Assembly (NCBI GenBank): GCA_039630325.1
Contig: JBCNVG010000028.1
Coordinates: 16,242 to 80,241 of the forward strand
Direction of reading: 5' to 3'
Source of the DNA: Bacteroidia bacterium
GTDB lineage: Bacteria; Bacteroidota; Bacteroidia; SpSt-205
DNA: 64,000 nt
The first letter of the stretch is position 1. The number at the start of each line of letters is the position of its first letter. Below the pieces are notes generated by a model, which ran no database searches, was not told the DNA's origin, and was given only the letters and a program-made list of their open reading frames with translations. Shown here in pieces: positions 1 through 9,105 of this stretch. Both the position numbers and the translations under genes were made by a program.

Positions 1-336
1 CCAAAGATGCTCTACACTGGCGTAAGCATCTTTCATGCGGCTGGCATAGGATAGAGCCTTCTGTAAAGCCTCATTGAGGCTGGATCCTATACCTGGGGTG
101 CCAGCGGGTCCAGTCAGCTTGGGCTGCTCCCCAATCCACTTCCGCACTTGCTGGAGGAGGTGATTAGGATTAGCTCCGATTTTCTGAAGGAGATAGGGCG
201 TCACTATCTCATCCTTCTCTAAGAGAGATAAGAGCAAGTGACCACTTTCAACGACGCTATGATTATTGGCTTGCGCGATTTCCACTGCATGTTGGAGCGC
301 TTCTTGCGCTCTAATGGTAAACTGGTTCCAATTCAT
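1..336 (-). CDS. clpB: ClpB-type AAA+ chaperone, N-terminal (Clp_N) fragment; gene runs off the window start
   Basis: Reverse translation from ATG at 336 gives MNWNQFTIRAQEALQHAVEIAQANNHSVVESGHLLLSLLEKDE..., the Clp_N repeat region that opens ClpB/ClpC-type chaperones. The frame stays open to position 1. Absent from the ORF track because it is truncated. Confidence 0.7.
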   Translation of the reverse strand, partial: MNWNQFTIRAQEALQHAVEIAQANNHSVVESGHLLLSLLEKDEIVTPYLLQKIGANPNHLLQQVRKWIGEQPKLTGPAGTPGIGSSLNEALQKALSYASRMKDAYASVEHLW

Positions 337-458
337 ACTCGGGCCTCATGAGCAAAGACCGAGCCTCTGACAAAGTGTCAGTCATATTTGCCAAAAAAAC
401 AAAAGACTTTTCTTTCAGCTTATCAGGAAAAACTCAGGCTAAGTCGTCAATAGGCAGC

Positions 459-1397
459 TTAGCGAGTGCGCTCCTCCAAGCGGTGAAGGATGTCCTTGAG
501 TAGGGCAGAACAGCCTACTTCTCCCAGGAGGGCTTCGGTTTTTTGACGCACTTCGCGAAGGAAAGCTCTCCCCTTCTCACGCAAGCCGAGCCGTTCGTAA
601 AGCGCTAAGCCAAATAGCCGTCGCTCTTCTCCCTGAGTGCTTTCAAGGCGCATGCGTTCTTCTTCACTGGCCTCATTCCATGCCCAAAGCCATAAGAAAG
701 TCTTTTTGCCTTCTGCTATATCACCTCCGCGTAACTTTCCCGTAGATTCGCCAAATGCGTCCAGATAATCATCTTGAAGCTGAAAATAAATACCTATGGA
801 CTCGCCGATTTCTCGGAGCTTTTTACGCTCATCCAGAGATGTCTGAGCCAGCGCTGCCCCGACCTCCAACGCAGCCCCTATCAAAGCGCCTGTTTTTTCT
901 CTAATCATTTCAAAGTAGGTGGTTTCTGATACCGAGGTCGTAGGTTGCGTTCCCATTTCCAGATCCAGGAGCTGCCCATGACATACCCGAAGAGCAGCTT
1001 CAGACAGAATAGTGGATACAGTCTTACAGATTTCTGGTGGCAGTTTGATTAGCTCTTGATACACTCCTATCAGTAGGGCATCTCCTATTAAGATAGCCGT
1101 ATTTCCTCCTGCCAAGTGATAGAGCGTAGGTCTGTCTCGCCTCATGTGTGATTTATCCATGACATCGTCATGAACTAATGTGAAGGTGTGAAGTAGCTCC
1201 ACTGCGCGCATAAGTGGAAGCGCCACCTCCCATGAAGCCTCTTTATTGGCATAAAAAGCGTAAGTCTGCCACACCAAATACGGCCTAAGCCTTTTACCTC
1301 CCCCACTCAAAGCGTATTGCATCCACTGTGCCCAGCTCCCAAGCTGGGGCCAACGCAATTCCAGCAGGCTATTCTCGTAAGTCTCGTTTGACCACAC
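459..1397 (-). CDS. polyprenyl diphosphate synthase (trans-isoprenyl diphosphate synthase family)
   Basis: 312-aa ORF with both Asp-rich motifs (LVHDDVMD, QLQDDYLD) and GGKRLRP near the N-terminus. The GTG start at 1397 lies 4 nt after a TACCTTTG box. Confidence 0.85.
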   Translation of the reverse strand: MWSNETYENSLLELRWPQLGSWAQWMQYALSGGGKRLRPYLVWQTYAFYANKEASWEVALPLMRAVELLHTFTLVHDDVMDKSHMRRDRPTLYHLAGGNTAILIGDALLIGVYQELIKLPPEICKTVSTILSEAALRVCHGQLLDLEMGTQPTTSVSETTYFEMIREKTGALIGAALEVGAALAQTSLDERKKLREIGESIGIYFQLQDDYLDAFGESTGKLRGGDIAEGKKTFLWLWAWNEASEEERMRLESTQGEERRLFGLALYERLGLREKGRAFLREVRQKTEALLGEVGCSALLKDILHRLEERTR

Positions 1398-1401
1398 TAC
1401 A

Positions 1402-1409
1402 CAAAGGTA
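1402..1409 (-). promoter_or_regulatory. putative -7 promoter box TACCTTTG, 4 nt upstream of GTG 1397
   Basis: Exact match to the Bacteroidetes TAnnTTTG -7 consensus on the minus strand. Part of a recurrent window-wide pattern. Confidence 0.5.
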
Positions 1410-1455
1410 GCGCCTATAATTATCCAGCTACTCCGTTCCTATCGGGAAGTCTTGG

Positions 1456-1992
1456 TCATTCCGCCTCTACAGCCCGCACTTCGGGGATAAGGCGCGTGAG
1501 AAGATTTTCTATCCCAGCCTTGAGCGTATAAAGGCTAGATGGACAGCCGGAGCAGCTACCTCGTAAGCGCAGCTTGACTACACCCTCAGCAAAACTCACA
1601 AACTCTACATCTCCACCATCCATAGCTATACCTGGACGAACATACTCTTCCAAGATTGATTTGATTTGACTCTCAATGTCGGAATCCGTAGAGTCATCTG
1701 CTATTTCGGGAGCGCGCAAAGGCCCCGCTAGCAAATGGCGCTGCAAAACATCTTTTATCCGAGGAATGAGGTCATGCCAGCTTGTGTCTTCTGACTTAGA
1801 AACCGTAACAAATGCTCGGGTAAAAAAAAGCCCTTTCACACCAGGAATGCGCCAAAGCTCTTGAATAAGGGGTTCATCAGACTCAGATGGCTGCGTAACC
1901 TCACGGGTACCTCTCTCAATGACAGGATATTCAGGCGGCAAAACGAACTTAAGACTATGAGGATTGGGTGTGATTTCGGTGTAGATGAGCAT
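1456..1992 (-). CDS. Nfu/NifU-type Fe-S cluster scaffold (Nfu_N plus NifU C-terminal domain)
   Basis: 178-aa ORF. The N-terminus MLIYTEITPNPHSLKF is typical of Nfu_N, and a C-terminal CSGCPSS cluster-binding motif is present. Confidence 0.8.
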   Translation of the reverse strand: MLIYTEITPNPHSLKFVLPPEYPVIERGTREVTQPSESDEPLIQELWRIPGVKGLFFTRAFVTVSKSEDTSWHDLIPRIKDVLQRHLLAGPLRAPEIADDSTDSDIESQIKSILEEYVRPGIAMDGGDVEFVSFAEGVVKLRLRGSCSGCPSSLYTLKAGIENLLTRLIPEVRAVEAE

Positions 1993-2043
1993 AGTGGCAC
2001 TAACAAAATTTTTCAGCGATGAGCCACCCTGGGATCAAGTATA

Positions 2044-2685
2044 TCACAACCCTATTTTGTATAAAAAGCTAAGTCCTACCGTTCGAAACTCCAAAGGCAC
2101 AGGATCTATTGAGCCTAAGAGCTCAGTATTCCGACGGCTGGAGAGGATATCAAGATTTAGGCGTATAGTAGTAGGATTAGTTCGACGAAAGTTGAAGGTT
2201 AGATCCAAAAACACCATAGGATTGATGAAAGTTTGACGGAGCCGTCCTACAGCATTTCCAGACAGAGAGGTATAAAGTAGCTGGAAACTGGTGAGCTGAA
2301 GACCTGCGCCGGCCCCGATACCCAACCTCTGCACATTGAAAGCAGTCGCCCCCGCTCCTACCCGAACATACCCATATACAGGTACCTGAACCATCCAATT
2401 TGTTCCCAAACCACCCGCAAACTGAAGGGACCCCGTGATTTGAGCCCCAGGCCCTACGGCCAATACCTCATTCTCTGTGTGAAAATAGGCATAGTTGGTG
2501 CCCAAAGTCAATCCCCAAAAGTCCGGGGAGTTATTAAAAAGAGGAGTAGTAAGAAAACGGATATCTATGAAAGTGAGGCCACCTCCAAAGAATGGATTGA
2601 GTTTTTGCCACACCTCCTCACCGCGCTGAGCCCAAAGCTGATCAAGCGCCAGGAGAAGGAGTATAAATCCAGGCCGTCGTCGCAC
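2044..2685 (-). CDS. hypothetical secreted / outer-membrane beta-barrel-like protein
   Basis: 213-aa ORF with a signal peptide (RRRPGFILLLLALDQLWAQ) and a Gly/aromatic-rich alternating pattern. Its start abuts the stop of the upstream bacilliredoxin gene, so co-transcription is likely. Confidence 0.5.
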   Translation of the reverse strand: MRRRPGFILLLLALDQLWAQRGEEVWQKLNPFFGGGLTFIDIRFLTTPLFNNSPDFWGLTLGTNYAYFHTENEVLAVGPGAQITGSLQFAGGLGTNWMVQVPVYGYVRVGAGATAFNVQRLGIGAGAGLQLTSFQLLYTSLSGNAVGRLRQTFINPMVFLDLTFNFRRTNPTTIRLNLDILSSRRNTELLGSIDPVPLEFRTVGLSFLYKIGL

Positions 2686-3108
2686 TTAGCAATATTCGTC
2701 AAAAAGCGCCACCAAAGTGCTGGCCACATGCTGAGCCGAATAACCTTCTATTTCATGCCGGGGAATAAAATGAAGCAATCGCTCCCCTTTCCATAGAGCT
2801 ATGCTGGGAGAAGAAGGCGGATGAGGAGCCAGATACTGGCGCAAACGAGCCGTAGCCTCTTTATCCACCCCAGCGAAAACGCTATAGAAACGAGCGGGGC
2901 GCCTCGCATGCTGCATAGCAGCGGCCACGCCTGGACGAGCCGATGCAGCGGAGCATCCACATACAGAGTTGATTAGAAAAAGGGCGCTTTCACCTGTGCT
3001 TTTCAGTTCTTGTATCACTTGATCTACTTCCTCAGGCGTACGAAGTTCTACGAGGCCTATTTCAGCGGTTTCTTGGCGAATAGGTTCTACTACGTAAGCA
3101 GGGTACAT
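2686..3108 (-). CDS. bacilliredoxin (BrxA/BrxB, YphP/YqiW family)
   Basis: 140-aa ORF with a thioredoxin-like CGC active site in the context NSVCGCSAASARPG, characteristic of this family. Confidence 0.7.
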   Translation of the reverse strand: MYPAYVVEPIRQETAEIGLVELRTPEEVDQVIQELKSTGESALFLINSVCGCSAASARPGVAAAMQHARRPARFYSVFAGVDKEATARLRQYLAPHPPSSPSIALWKGERLLHFIPRHEIEGYSAQHVASTLVALFDEYC

Positions 3109-3176
3109 GGCAGGAATTCAAACAAAAAAATCGCTTGATTAGTTCAGCGTTCAGAAAACCAGTATACTTTCGCCGT

Positions 3177-4034
3177 ATGACACAGGTACAAATAGTGGAA
3201 TGTCCCAGGGACGCTTGGCAGAGTCTTCCTACCCTGATTCCCACCGAGATAAAAATCCAATATCTGACTGCTCTCCTCAAAGTCGGCTTTCATACCATAG
3301 ATGCGGGATCCTTCGTCTCACCCAAAGCCGTACCTCAAATGCAGGACACGGAAGTAGTCTTGTCCTCTCTGCCTTGGGAAGCATATAAGGAGACGGGAAT
3401 TTTAGTGATAGTCGTGAATAGGCGAGGGCTAGAGCAAGCTGTGAGGCATCCAGCGGTGTCATACATAGGTTATCCTCTCTCGCTTTCGGAGACTTTTCAG
3501 CAGCTGAATGCTCGTCAATCTCGCGCAGAAGCTGAGAAATTTGTGGATGAGCTTGTTTCCATTTGCAGGGAGCATCAGAAAACGCCTGTAGTATATCTTT
3601 CCATGGGCTTTGGCAACCCTTATGGAGAAGCATATTCTCCCCAAGAGGTGATAGAAACCGCGCACCGTTTAGCTGCGAAAGGCATTTCTATTATCTCCTT
3701 GGCGGACACGGTAGGCGTAGCGACCCCAGAACTTGTTCATCAAGTAACCGAAGCTGCCGTAAAGGCTTTGCCTTATGTAACATGGGGCGTCCATCTCCAT
3801 GCATCTCCTCAGAATGCCTATGACAAAGTAGCGGCAGCTTGGGCCGCGGGATGCCGACGATTTGACAGCGCCTTAGGCGGATATGGCGGATGTCCTTTTG
3901 CAGGCGTACCCGTAGTCTCAAATATTCGTACAGAGGTACTCTTATCATTTCTACGCGAACAGAAAGCGCTACCTCCTCTAAACGAGTTTGCTCTCATGGA
4001 GGCCCAGAGCCTTCTGCCCATGGCTTTCTCCTAA
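3177..4034 (+). CDS. hydroxymethylglutaryl-CoA lyase (HMGL-like TIM barrel)
   Basis: The N-terminus MTQVQIVECPRDAWQS matches the ECPRDA(M/W)Q signature of HMG-CoA lyases. The longest ORF begins at 3135, but ATG 3177 is preceded 4 nt upstream by TACTTTCG (a one-mismatch -7 box). Confidence 0.8.
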   Translation: MTQVQIVECPRDAWQSLPTLIPTEIKIQYLTALLKVGFHTIDAGSFVSPKAVPQMQDTEVVLSSLPWEAYKETGILVIVVNRRGLEQAVRHPAVSYIGYPLSLSETFQQLNARQSRAEAEKFVDELVSICREHQKTPVVYLSMGFGNPYGEAYSPQEVIETAHRLAAKGISIISLADTVGVATPELVHQVTEAAVKALPYVTWGVHLHASPQNAYDKVAAAWAAGCRRFDSALGGYGGCPFAGVPVVSNIRTEVLLSFLREQKALPPLNEFALMEAQSLLPMAFS

Positions 4035-4057
4035 AAATCGTAACTTTGAGGGGCGTA

Positions 4058-5089
4058 ATGTCGGTAGTGTGGGGGGCTTTTCTACTGTGGGCCCAGAGTG
4101 TATCCCTTCCCGAAATAGAGCTGAAACTGGCGGAAATGGGGCGATTCATCCTGCATGGAGAAGACTTCTATGCAAAGGACTCTGTCAATCGTCACTTCAT
4201 TGCTTTGTGGGAAAGCGTTCTCACTCGACCAGAGGCTTTCAGCTATCCCTTTGACTCCGTTATTACCGTTTCGGATCTCTGTCCTCCTGATAGTGCTTTC
4301 CGCATTTTCACATGGCAGCTAATTGATTTTCAAAAAAATCGGCATTATTACTATGGCATCATAGCTCGGCGCTGGCGCTCTCAAAAGCATGCACCCTGGC
4401 AAATAAAAATAATCAAACTAAAAGAAATTCCAGATGTTTTGGAGGAGGACGACATAGAACGTCGGACGCTTTCCCCTGATGAATGGGTGGGGGCCTTGTA
4501 TTATCATCCTCGTTATGTCAACCATGGGGTATTGCGATATGAAGGAAAAGCCCGGATTCCACGGGGAAGCAGGTTAGTTCGAGAAAAGCTGGTGTTTTAT
4601 GTACTGCTGGGATGGAATGGATACGATAAAAGACAAAACTTCAAGGTCATAGAAACTTTGTTTATTGATCCCAAAAATCCTGAAAAGATCTTATTTGGCG
4701 CCCCCGTTATCTATGTAGGCCCTATACCGAAAATGCGCCTCATCCTCCCCTACGGAGAAACCACAGCTCTTTCCCTTAACGTAGGTTGGTATGTAAAGAA
4801 GTATGGGGCAAAAAAGCGCTACTCAGCCATTATTTTCGACCACATTAGCACTTCGCCCCGGGCTAACCGCATGCGGGAGGATGTTCGTCCATTTTTTGGT
4901 GCGGATGGAACCTATGACGCTCTGGAATTCTGGAAACGGCGCCAGTTTGAAGGACGAAAAGGCATTTTAGTCTATCGTCGCAATGTTATACCTTACGCCC
5001 CGGAGATAGAACATTATGACCCCCGAGTCATCCAGCGGCAGCGTGAGGAGGCTGCCAAAAAGTTTCAGCGTTACGGTCTCGCTCCGTAA
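4058..5089 (+). CDS. hypothetical secreted protein
   Basis: The ORF track extends to 3890, but ATG 4058 gives a signal peptide (MSVVWGAFLLWAQS) and is preceded by a TAACTTTG box 9 nt upstream. No recognisable catalytic motif. Confidence 0.6.
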   Translation: MSVVWGAFLLWAQSVSLPEIELKLAEMGRFILHGEDFYAKDSVNRHFIALWESVLTRPEAFSYPFDSVITVSDLCPPDSAFRIFTWQLIDFQKNRHYYYGIIARRWRSQKHAPWQIKIIKLKEIPDVLEEDDIERRTLSPDEWVGALYYHPRYVNHGVLRYEGKARIPRGSRLVREKLVFYVLLGWNGYDKRQNFKVIETLFIDPKNPEKILFGAPVIYVGPIPKMRLILPYGETTALSLNVGWYVKKYGAKKRYSAIIFDHISTSPRANRMREDVRPFFGADGTYDALEFWKRRQFEGRKGILVYRRNVIPYAPEIEHYDPRVIQRQREEAAKKFQRYGLAP

Positions 5090-7145
5090 GCGCCCGCTGG
5101 TATGGATGGCTTTTTTAGCGATTCTATACTCAGCGGGAATTAGTACATTTATCGGGTGGTGGTCTCGTCCGGTATTCTTAGCACCATATAAAGAGGGGGA
5201 CGTCTGGATGAATGCGGACTTATTTGCTCCGTTTGAGTTTCGGGTATTTAAAAGCTCGGAAGAGGCAGCTCAAGAGATTGACTCACTCATGCAGCGCTAT
5301 TCCCTGGTGTTTCGTAAGGATACCAGCATTCAGACGGAGGTTCAAAAACAAGTGGATTCTCTCTGTACGATGCTCCCCCGATCGCTGCATGCTCCTCTAA
5401 AGGAAGCTTTTCGGTACGCCTACCGATACGGTTACACATACCTTCCATTAGCGAATCAAAAAGGCATGGCTATATTACGCCTGTCGCCCCAAGATGAATA
5501 TCAAGTCTCAGCAGAAGCTCTGGTAGATAGTGCGAAGCTCTGGTCATGGCTGAGAACCGAATACGGCGACGCTGTGGCGAATCAACTGCGCCCTTACCTT
5601 CGCTCCACCTTTCGACCTAATTTGGATATAGATCCGCAAGCTGCCGGCGAAAAGCTCCGTCAAGCTACAAAGAATCTCTCTCCTTACACAGGTACCATTA
5701 AGAAAGGCGAGTTGATCGTTCGAAGGGGCGAACTCATCACCCCAGACATCCAACAAAAGCTCAACTCATTGCGTAAGGCCCACGAAACAATCCAACCTTT
5801 TCAAAGCCGCTTAACCAGCTTTGCGGGACTTTTTCTGCTAATCTCTATCATCACTTTCATCACCCTTTGGTATCTCCTACTGGCTCAGAAAATCACTCCT
5901 CATAACCTACGCCCCATAGCCCTTTTATTCTCGGTATACATATTTATCACTCTAATCATCGCCAGTCTCAATCGCTCTCATATCGAGCCTGTGCAGGGCT
6001 TGAATATTCCCCTCCATCATTTATTCCCTTTCGCTTTGGGGCCGATAATATTAGCCATCTTCTTTGACGACAGGGTGGGGTTTATCTCTGCCATCACGCT
6101 TGGGGCTCAGATAAGCCTCATCATGGAAGAGCCAGTAGAATACTTTTTCGTTCACGGATTTAGTAGCATGCTGGCGGTATTTCGTCTGAGGGTGCTTCAG
6201 CGTCGCTCTCATTTGTACTACGCTCTGGCGACGCTGCTTGCAGGATACATTATCACCTATTCTGGCTATCATTTATTTCGCCAAGGGTATATCTCGCTGG
6301 TATCCTGGACGGGAATTCCATTACTGACAGCTAATGCCATCTTGTGCTTATTAGCGTATCCTTTGATTTACGGTATAGAGCGGATATTTCGGCTGAGTTC
6401 GGATATTACTTTCTTGGAACTGCTGGATACCAATCACCCTCTCCTTCAAGAGCTCAAACGAAAAGCGCCAGGGACTTATCAACACAGCTTAACTGTCGCA
6501 GCCTTAGCTGAGGCTGCTGCTGAAAAGATTGGTGCTCACCCCCTCAAGGCCCATGTAATGGCGCTGTTTCATGACATAGGAAAGTTAGAAAATCCCGTCT
6601 ACTTCGTTGAGAACCTCTCTGCTATCTCCGTTGGCAACGCTATAAACCCTCACCATAATCTTACCCCCCAAGAAAGCGCCTCTATTATTAAGTCTCATGT
6701 CCCCATAGGAGTCAAACTGGCTAAGCAAGCTCGTCTGCCAGATGAAGTGATCAGCGGCATCCGAACGCATCATGGGACGACTTATATTCAGTACTTCTGG
6801 GAGAAGCAAAAACGGCAGTGCCCGCAAGAAGCGGCGGCTTTAGAGTCCAACTTCCGCTACGATGGCCCCCTTCCGCGAACCAAAGAAGAAGCCATACTCA
6901 TGTTAGCGGATTCATTAGAAGCTAGTACACGCGCGCTCTCTAATCCTACCCCAAATAAACTGCGCCAGCACATTCGTACGATTATCCAGCAGCGCATTGC
7001 TGAGGGGCAGCTTCGAGAAGCCGCCCTTACCTTTGCTCAGCTTAGCGAGTTAGAAACATGCTTCTACGAGCAGCTCCTCTCCATCCATCACGCCCGCATT
7101 CAATATCCCGAGCAGTCCACACTCGAAATAGCAACTAAATCCTAA
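5016..7145 (+). CDS. 7TM-HD membrane phosphohydrolase (PgpH/YqfF-like HDIG protein)
   Basis: 709-aa ORF with a central multi-TM block and a C-terminal HD domain carrying the HDIGK motif (ALFHDIGKLENP). The start is uncertain: ATG 5016 overlaps the upstream gene by 74 nt, and ATG 5106 (MAFLAILYSAG) is an alternative. Confidence 0.8.
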   Translation: MTPESSSGSVRRLPKSFSVTVSLRKRPLVWMAFLAILYSAGISTFIGWWSRPVFLAPYKEGDVWMNADLFAPFEFRVFKSSEEAAQEIDSLMQRYSLVFRKDTSIQTEVQKQVDSLCTMLPRSLHAPLKEAFRYAYRYGYTYLPLANQKGMAILRLSPQDEYQVSAEALVDSAKLWSWLRTEYGDAVANQLRPYLRSTFRPNLDIDPQAAGEKLRQATKNLSPYTGTIKKGELIVRRGELITPDIQQKLNSLRKAHETIQPFQSRLTSFAGLFLLISIITFITLWYLLLAQKITPHNLRPIALLFSVYIFITLIIASLNRSHIEPVQGLNIPLHHLFPFALGPIILAIFFDDRVGFISAITLGAQISLIMEEPVEYFFVHGFSSMLAVFRLRVLQRRSHLYYALATLLAGYIITYSGYHLFRQGYISLVSWTGIPLLTANAILCLLAYPLIYGIERIFRLSSDITFLELLDTNHPLLQELKRKAPGTYQHSLTVAALAEAAAEKIGAHPLKAHVMALFHDIGKLENPVYFVENLSAISVGNAINPHHNLTPQESASIIKSHVPIGVKLAKQARLPDEVISGIRTHHGTTYIQYFWEKQKRQCPQEAAALESNFRYDGPLPRTKEEAILMLADSLEASTRALSNPTPNKLRQHIRTIIQQRIAEGQLREAALTFAQLSELETCFYEQLLSIHHARIQYPEQSTLEIATKS

Positions 7146-7374
7146 GGCGTTTGAGGCTTGACAGGAGACATAAGGAAGGTTTAGTTAGGGAAAAGCAGAA
7201 ATAGACCTCCTTTTAGACTCCTATAGAGAGGGTTCAACCAGAGGAGAGACAGCCAAAGAGGAAGAAAGCGCTCGACTTTACGCTTCATGAGATCTGTCCT
7301 TTTGTCTCTTAGTGGATAGGAACACTCAGGGAGCGCGCCTAAGACAGAGCAATATCCAACTTATTTGGCCATCC

Positions 7375-7412
7375 CTCAAAAATAAGAGGGGCGAGCCTTC
7401 GAAGGCTCGCCC
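7375..7412 (-). terminator. rho-independent terminator of the T9SS-cargo gene
   Basis: Perfect 24-nt palindrome GGGCGAGCCTTCGAAGGCTCGCCC (7389..7412), 29 nt after the minus-strand stop at 7442. On the minus strand it is followed by CTCTTATTTTTGAG. Confidence 0.65.
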
Positions 7413-7441
7413 TACCCCATAAAGTTCCTGTCCTTACTCTA

Positions 7442-9067
7442 CTATCGCACTATGGCTACATTGAAGGCAGCTTCCCCGTATGGAGTCCTGACAGTAAGCA
7501 CATACGTGCCCGTGCTTGCTGCACCAAGGTCTAAGGCGTATTTCGCTTGACCAGCGGTCAAGGAGCGTTCCCAGGTTTGAATCATACGACCGTCCAGCGT
7601 ATGAAGGGCAAACCGGGCTACACCTCCGGCTGGGCTATCTAAGTCTATGTAGATGCATTCGGTAGCGGGGTTTGGATAAGGAAGACCAAAACCTTGCTGT
7701 CCCCATCTGAAATTAGCCGTATAGCCTGGAAGGAGAGGCGGGTTATAGTTCGGGTCAAAGCTGATGACAGGGTAGATGCCAAAGTGATAGCTGCGAAGCC
7801 TTTCATCACCTCGCCCCCAGTTTGTCCAGGAGACAGAGTTCCAAGCTTCATACTCAAATGCACCAGAAGTAGTATTTCGCCACAGAAGATTCCACATAGA
7901 GACGCCCTCTGGTTTAGGCGCTAGACCGTTAATACTATCTGCGACCCAGAGAGGGATATTAGGGGATCCATCGTCATAGGCTGCCCCTAGCCGCAAGTGA
8001 AGAGAGTCTTGTACTCCATCTACGTCTGGATCATATAGCTCCGTGGCTACGACAAGATAGATGGTATCCCCTGGATTCACCTCGTACTGGTCTTGAGGAG
8101 GGAAGTAAGCTACTGCCGAATTTGTACGCCAGTCATTATTGGCTGCCCCCCAGCACTGATTGAGCGTGCTTCCAAACCAAGAAACCCGAAGCTCTCTTGC
8201 AGGCCACTGTACCTCCTTGATAATGGTATCAGGGTAAGTATAAGGACGATCTACGACCACAGTATCCAACGCTGGATCTGCATCTGCTTGATAGATAACG
8301 GTATCTCCCGTCAGCGTATCTCGACCTACACTTCGAATCTGCATAGATAGCTCATAGAAACCATCGCCATCACTGTATCCGGCCGAGCCTTCACTCGTAC
8401 TATTCAAATCGCAATCCCGAGTCATCCCTGAGCCTACGTAAAAGTTATTATACAAGTGGAAGGCAAACCCAACGATACGGAATGGCTGTGCGGTGCTCGG
8501 CACATCCAATCGCACAGCAAGCGCATTCCCATCATAAAGTTCGTAAGTCACGCCATTTATAGTCCGAGTAGTCCCTCTACTTTCAATGACGTTGAACCTA
8601 ATGCCATATGAGCCATTTGCATTTAGAGAGTCAAAGTACGGTTTGAAACACGGTCCTACGACAGTAGAGCCACTTGTCACCTCTGGCATAAGGGTATCAT
8701 TCACCCGAGAAGGTACAACAGCCAAAACGGTATCCCCTGCCTGATGATCGGGAATATTGTTCTCAACAGCTCGCCTGGCACGCCGGAGCGTATCAGCATC
8801 TATATGAGGGGGCAGCCACGGAAGGAAAACCGATGTGTCGCAGTTTATCGCAGTCCGAGCGTTTGCAGTACTGCGGCTGGAAGGCATTCCCATTTCAGAA
8901 GGTGGTAGGGGGACTGCTTTTGGACCTGACAGATTCTTGATTTGCCGTTGAAACTCTCGAGGTAGCTCAGAGAGACGAATCGGCTTCAATCTCCTCAATG
9001 GGGCTTGGCCATAGAATGCAAGTGGTAGCAAGCCCGCAACTACCAGTATTCTCGTTAGGTTTTGCAT
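7442..9067 (-). CDS. secreted protein with T9SS C-terminal sorting domain, function unknown
   Basis: The C-terminus (PYPNPATECIYIDL...GTYVLTVRTPYGEAAFNVAIVR) looks like a Por/T9SS CTD. ATG 9067 (MQNLTRILVVAGLLPLAFYGQ) gives a signal peptide and has a TATATTTG box 7 nt upstream. The ORF track start is 9103. Confidence 0.7.
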   Translation of the reverse strand: MQNLTRILVVAGLLPLAFYGQAPLRRLKPIRLSELPREFQRQIKNLSGPKAVPLPPSEMGMPSSRSTANARTAINCDTSVFLPWLPPHIDADTLRRARRAVENNIPDHQAGDTVLAVVPSRVNDTLMPEVTSGSTVVGPCFKPYFDSLNANGSYGIRFNVIESRGTTRTINGVTYELYDGNALAVRLDVPSTAQPFRIVGFAFHLYNNFYVGSGMTRDCDLNSTSEGSAGYSDGDGFYELSMQIRSVGRDTLTGDTVIYQADADPALDTVVVDRPYTYPDTIIKEVQWPARELRVSWFGSTLNQCWGAANNDWRTNSAVAYFPPQDQYEVNPGDTIYLVVATELYDPDVDGVQDSLHLRLGAAYDDGSPNIPLWVADSINGLAPKPEGVSMWNLLWRNTTSGAFEYEAWNSVSWTNWGRGDERLRSYHFGIYPVISFDPNYNPPLLPGYTANFRWGQQGFGLPYPNPATECIYIDLDSPAGGVARFALHTLDGRMIQTWERSLTAGQAKYALDLGAASTGTYVLTVRTPYGEAAFNVAIVR

Positions 9068-9105
9068 AGCAATACAAATATAGGGCATTCTCCGGAAATT
9101 CAAGC

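Noticed and set aside
367-381. Palindrome CTGACAAAGTGTCAG upstream of clpB, considered as a heat-shock operator (CIRCE/HrcA)
   Set aside because: It does not match the CIRCE consensus TTAGCACTC-N9-GAGTGCTAA. A 6-bp stem alone is weak evidence.
3890-4057. N-terminal extension of the 4058-5089 ORF overlapping the HMG-CoA lyase 3' end by 145 nt
   Set aside because: The extension has no signal peptide and overlaps a conserved coding region. ATG 4058 yields a signal peptide and has a TAACTTTG box 9 nt upstream.
7181-7288. 35-aa hydrophobic minus-strand mini-ORF (MKRKVERFLPLWLSLLWLNPLYRSLKGGLFLLFPN) in the 7146-7388 spacer
   Set aside because: It has no TAnnTTTG box or other start signal, lies downstream of a terminator, and is too short to evaluate. 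It is kept only as part of the spacer observation.
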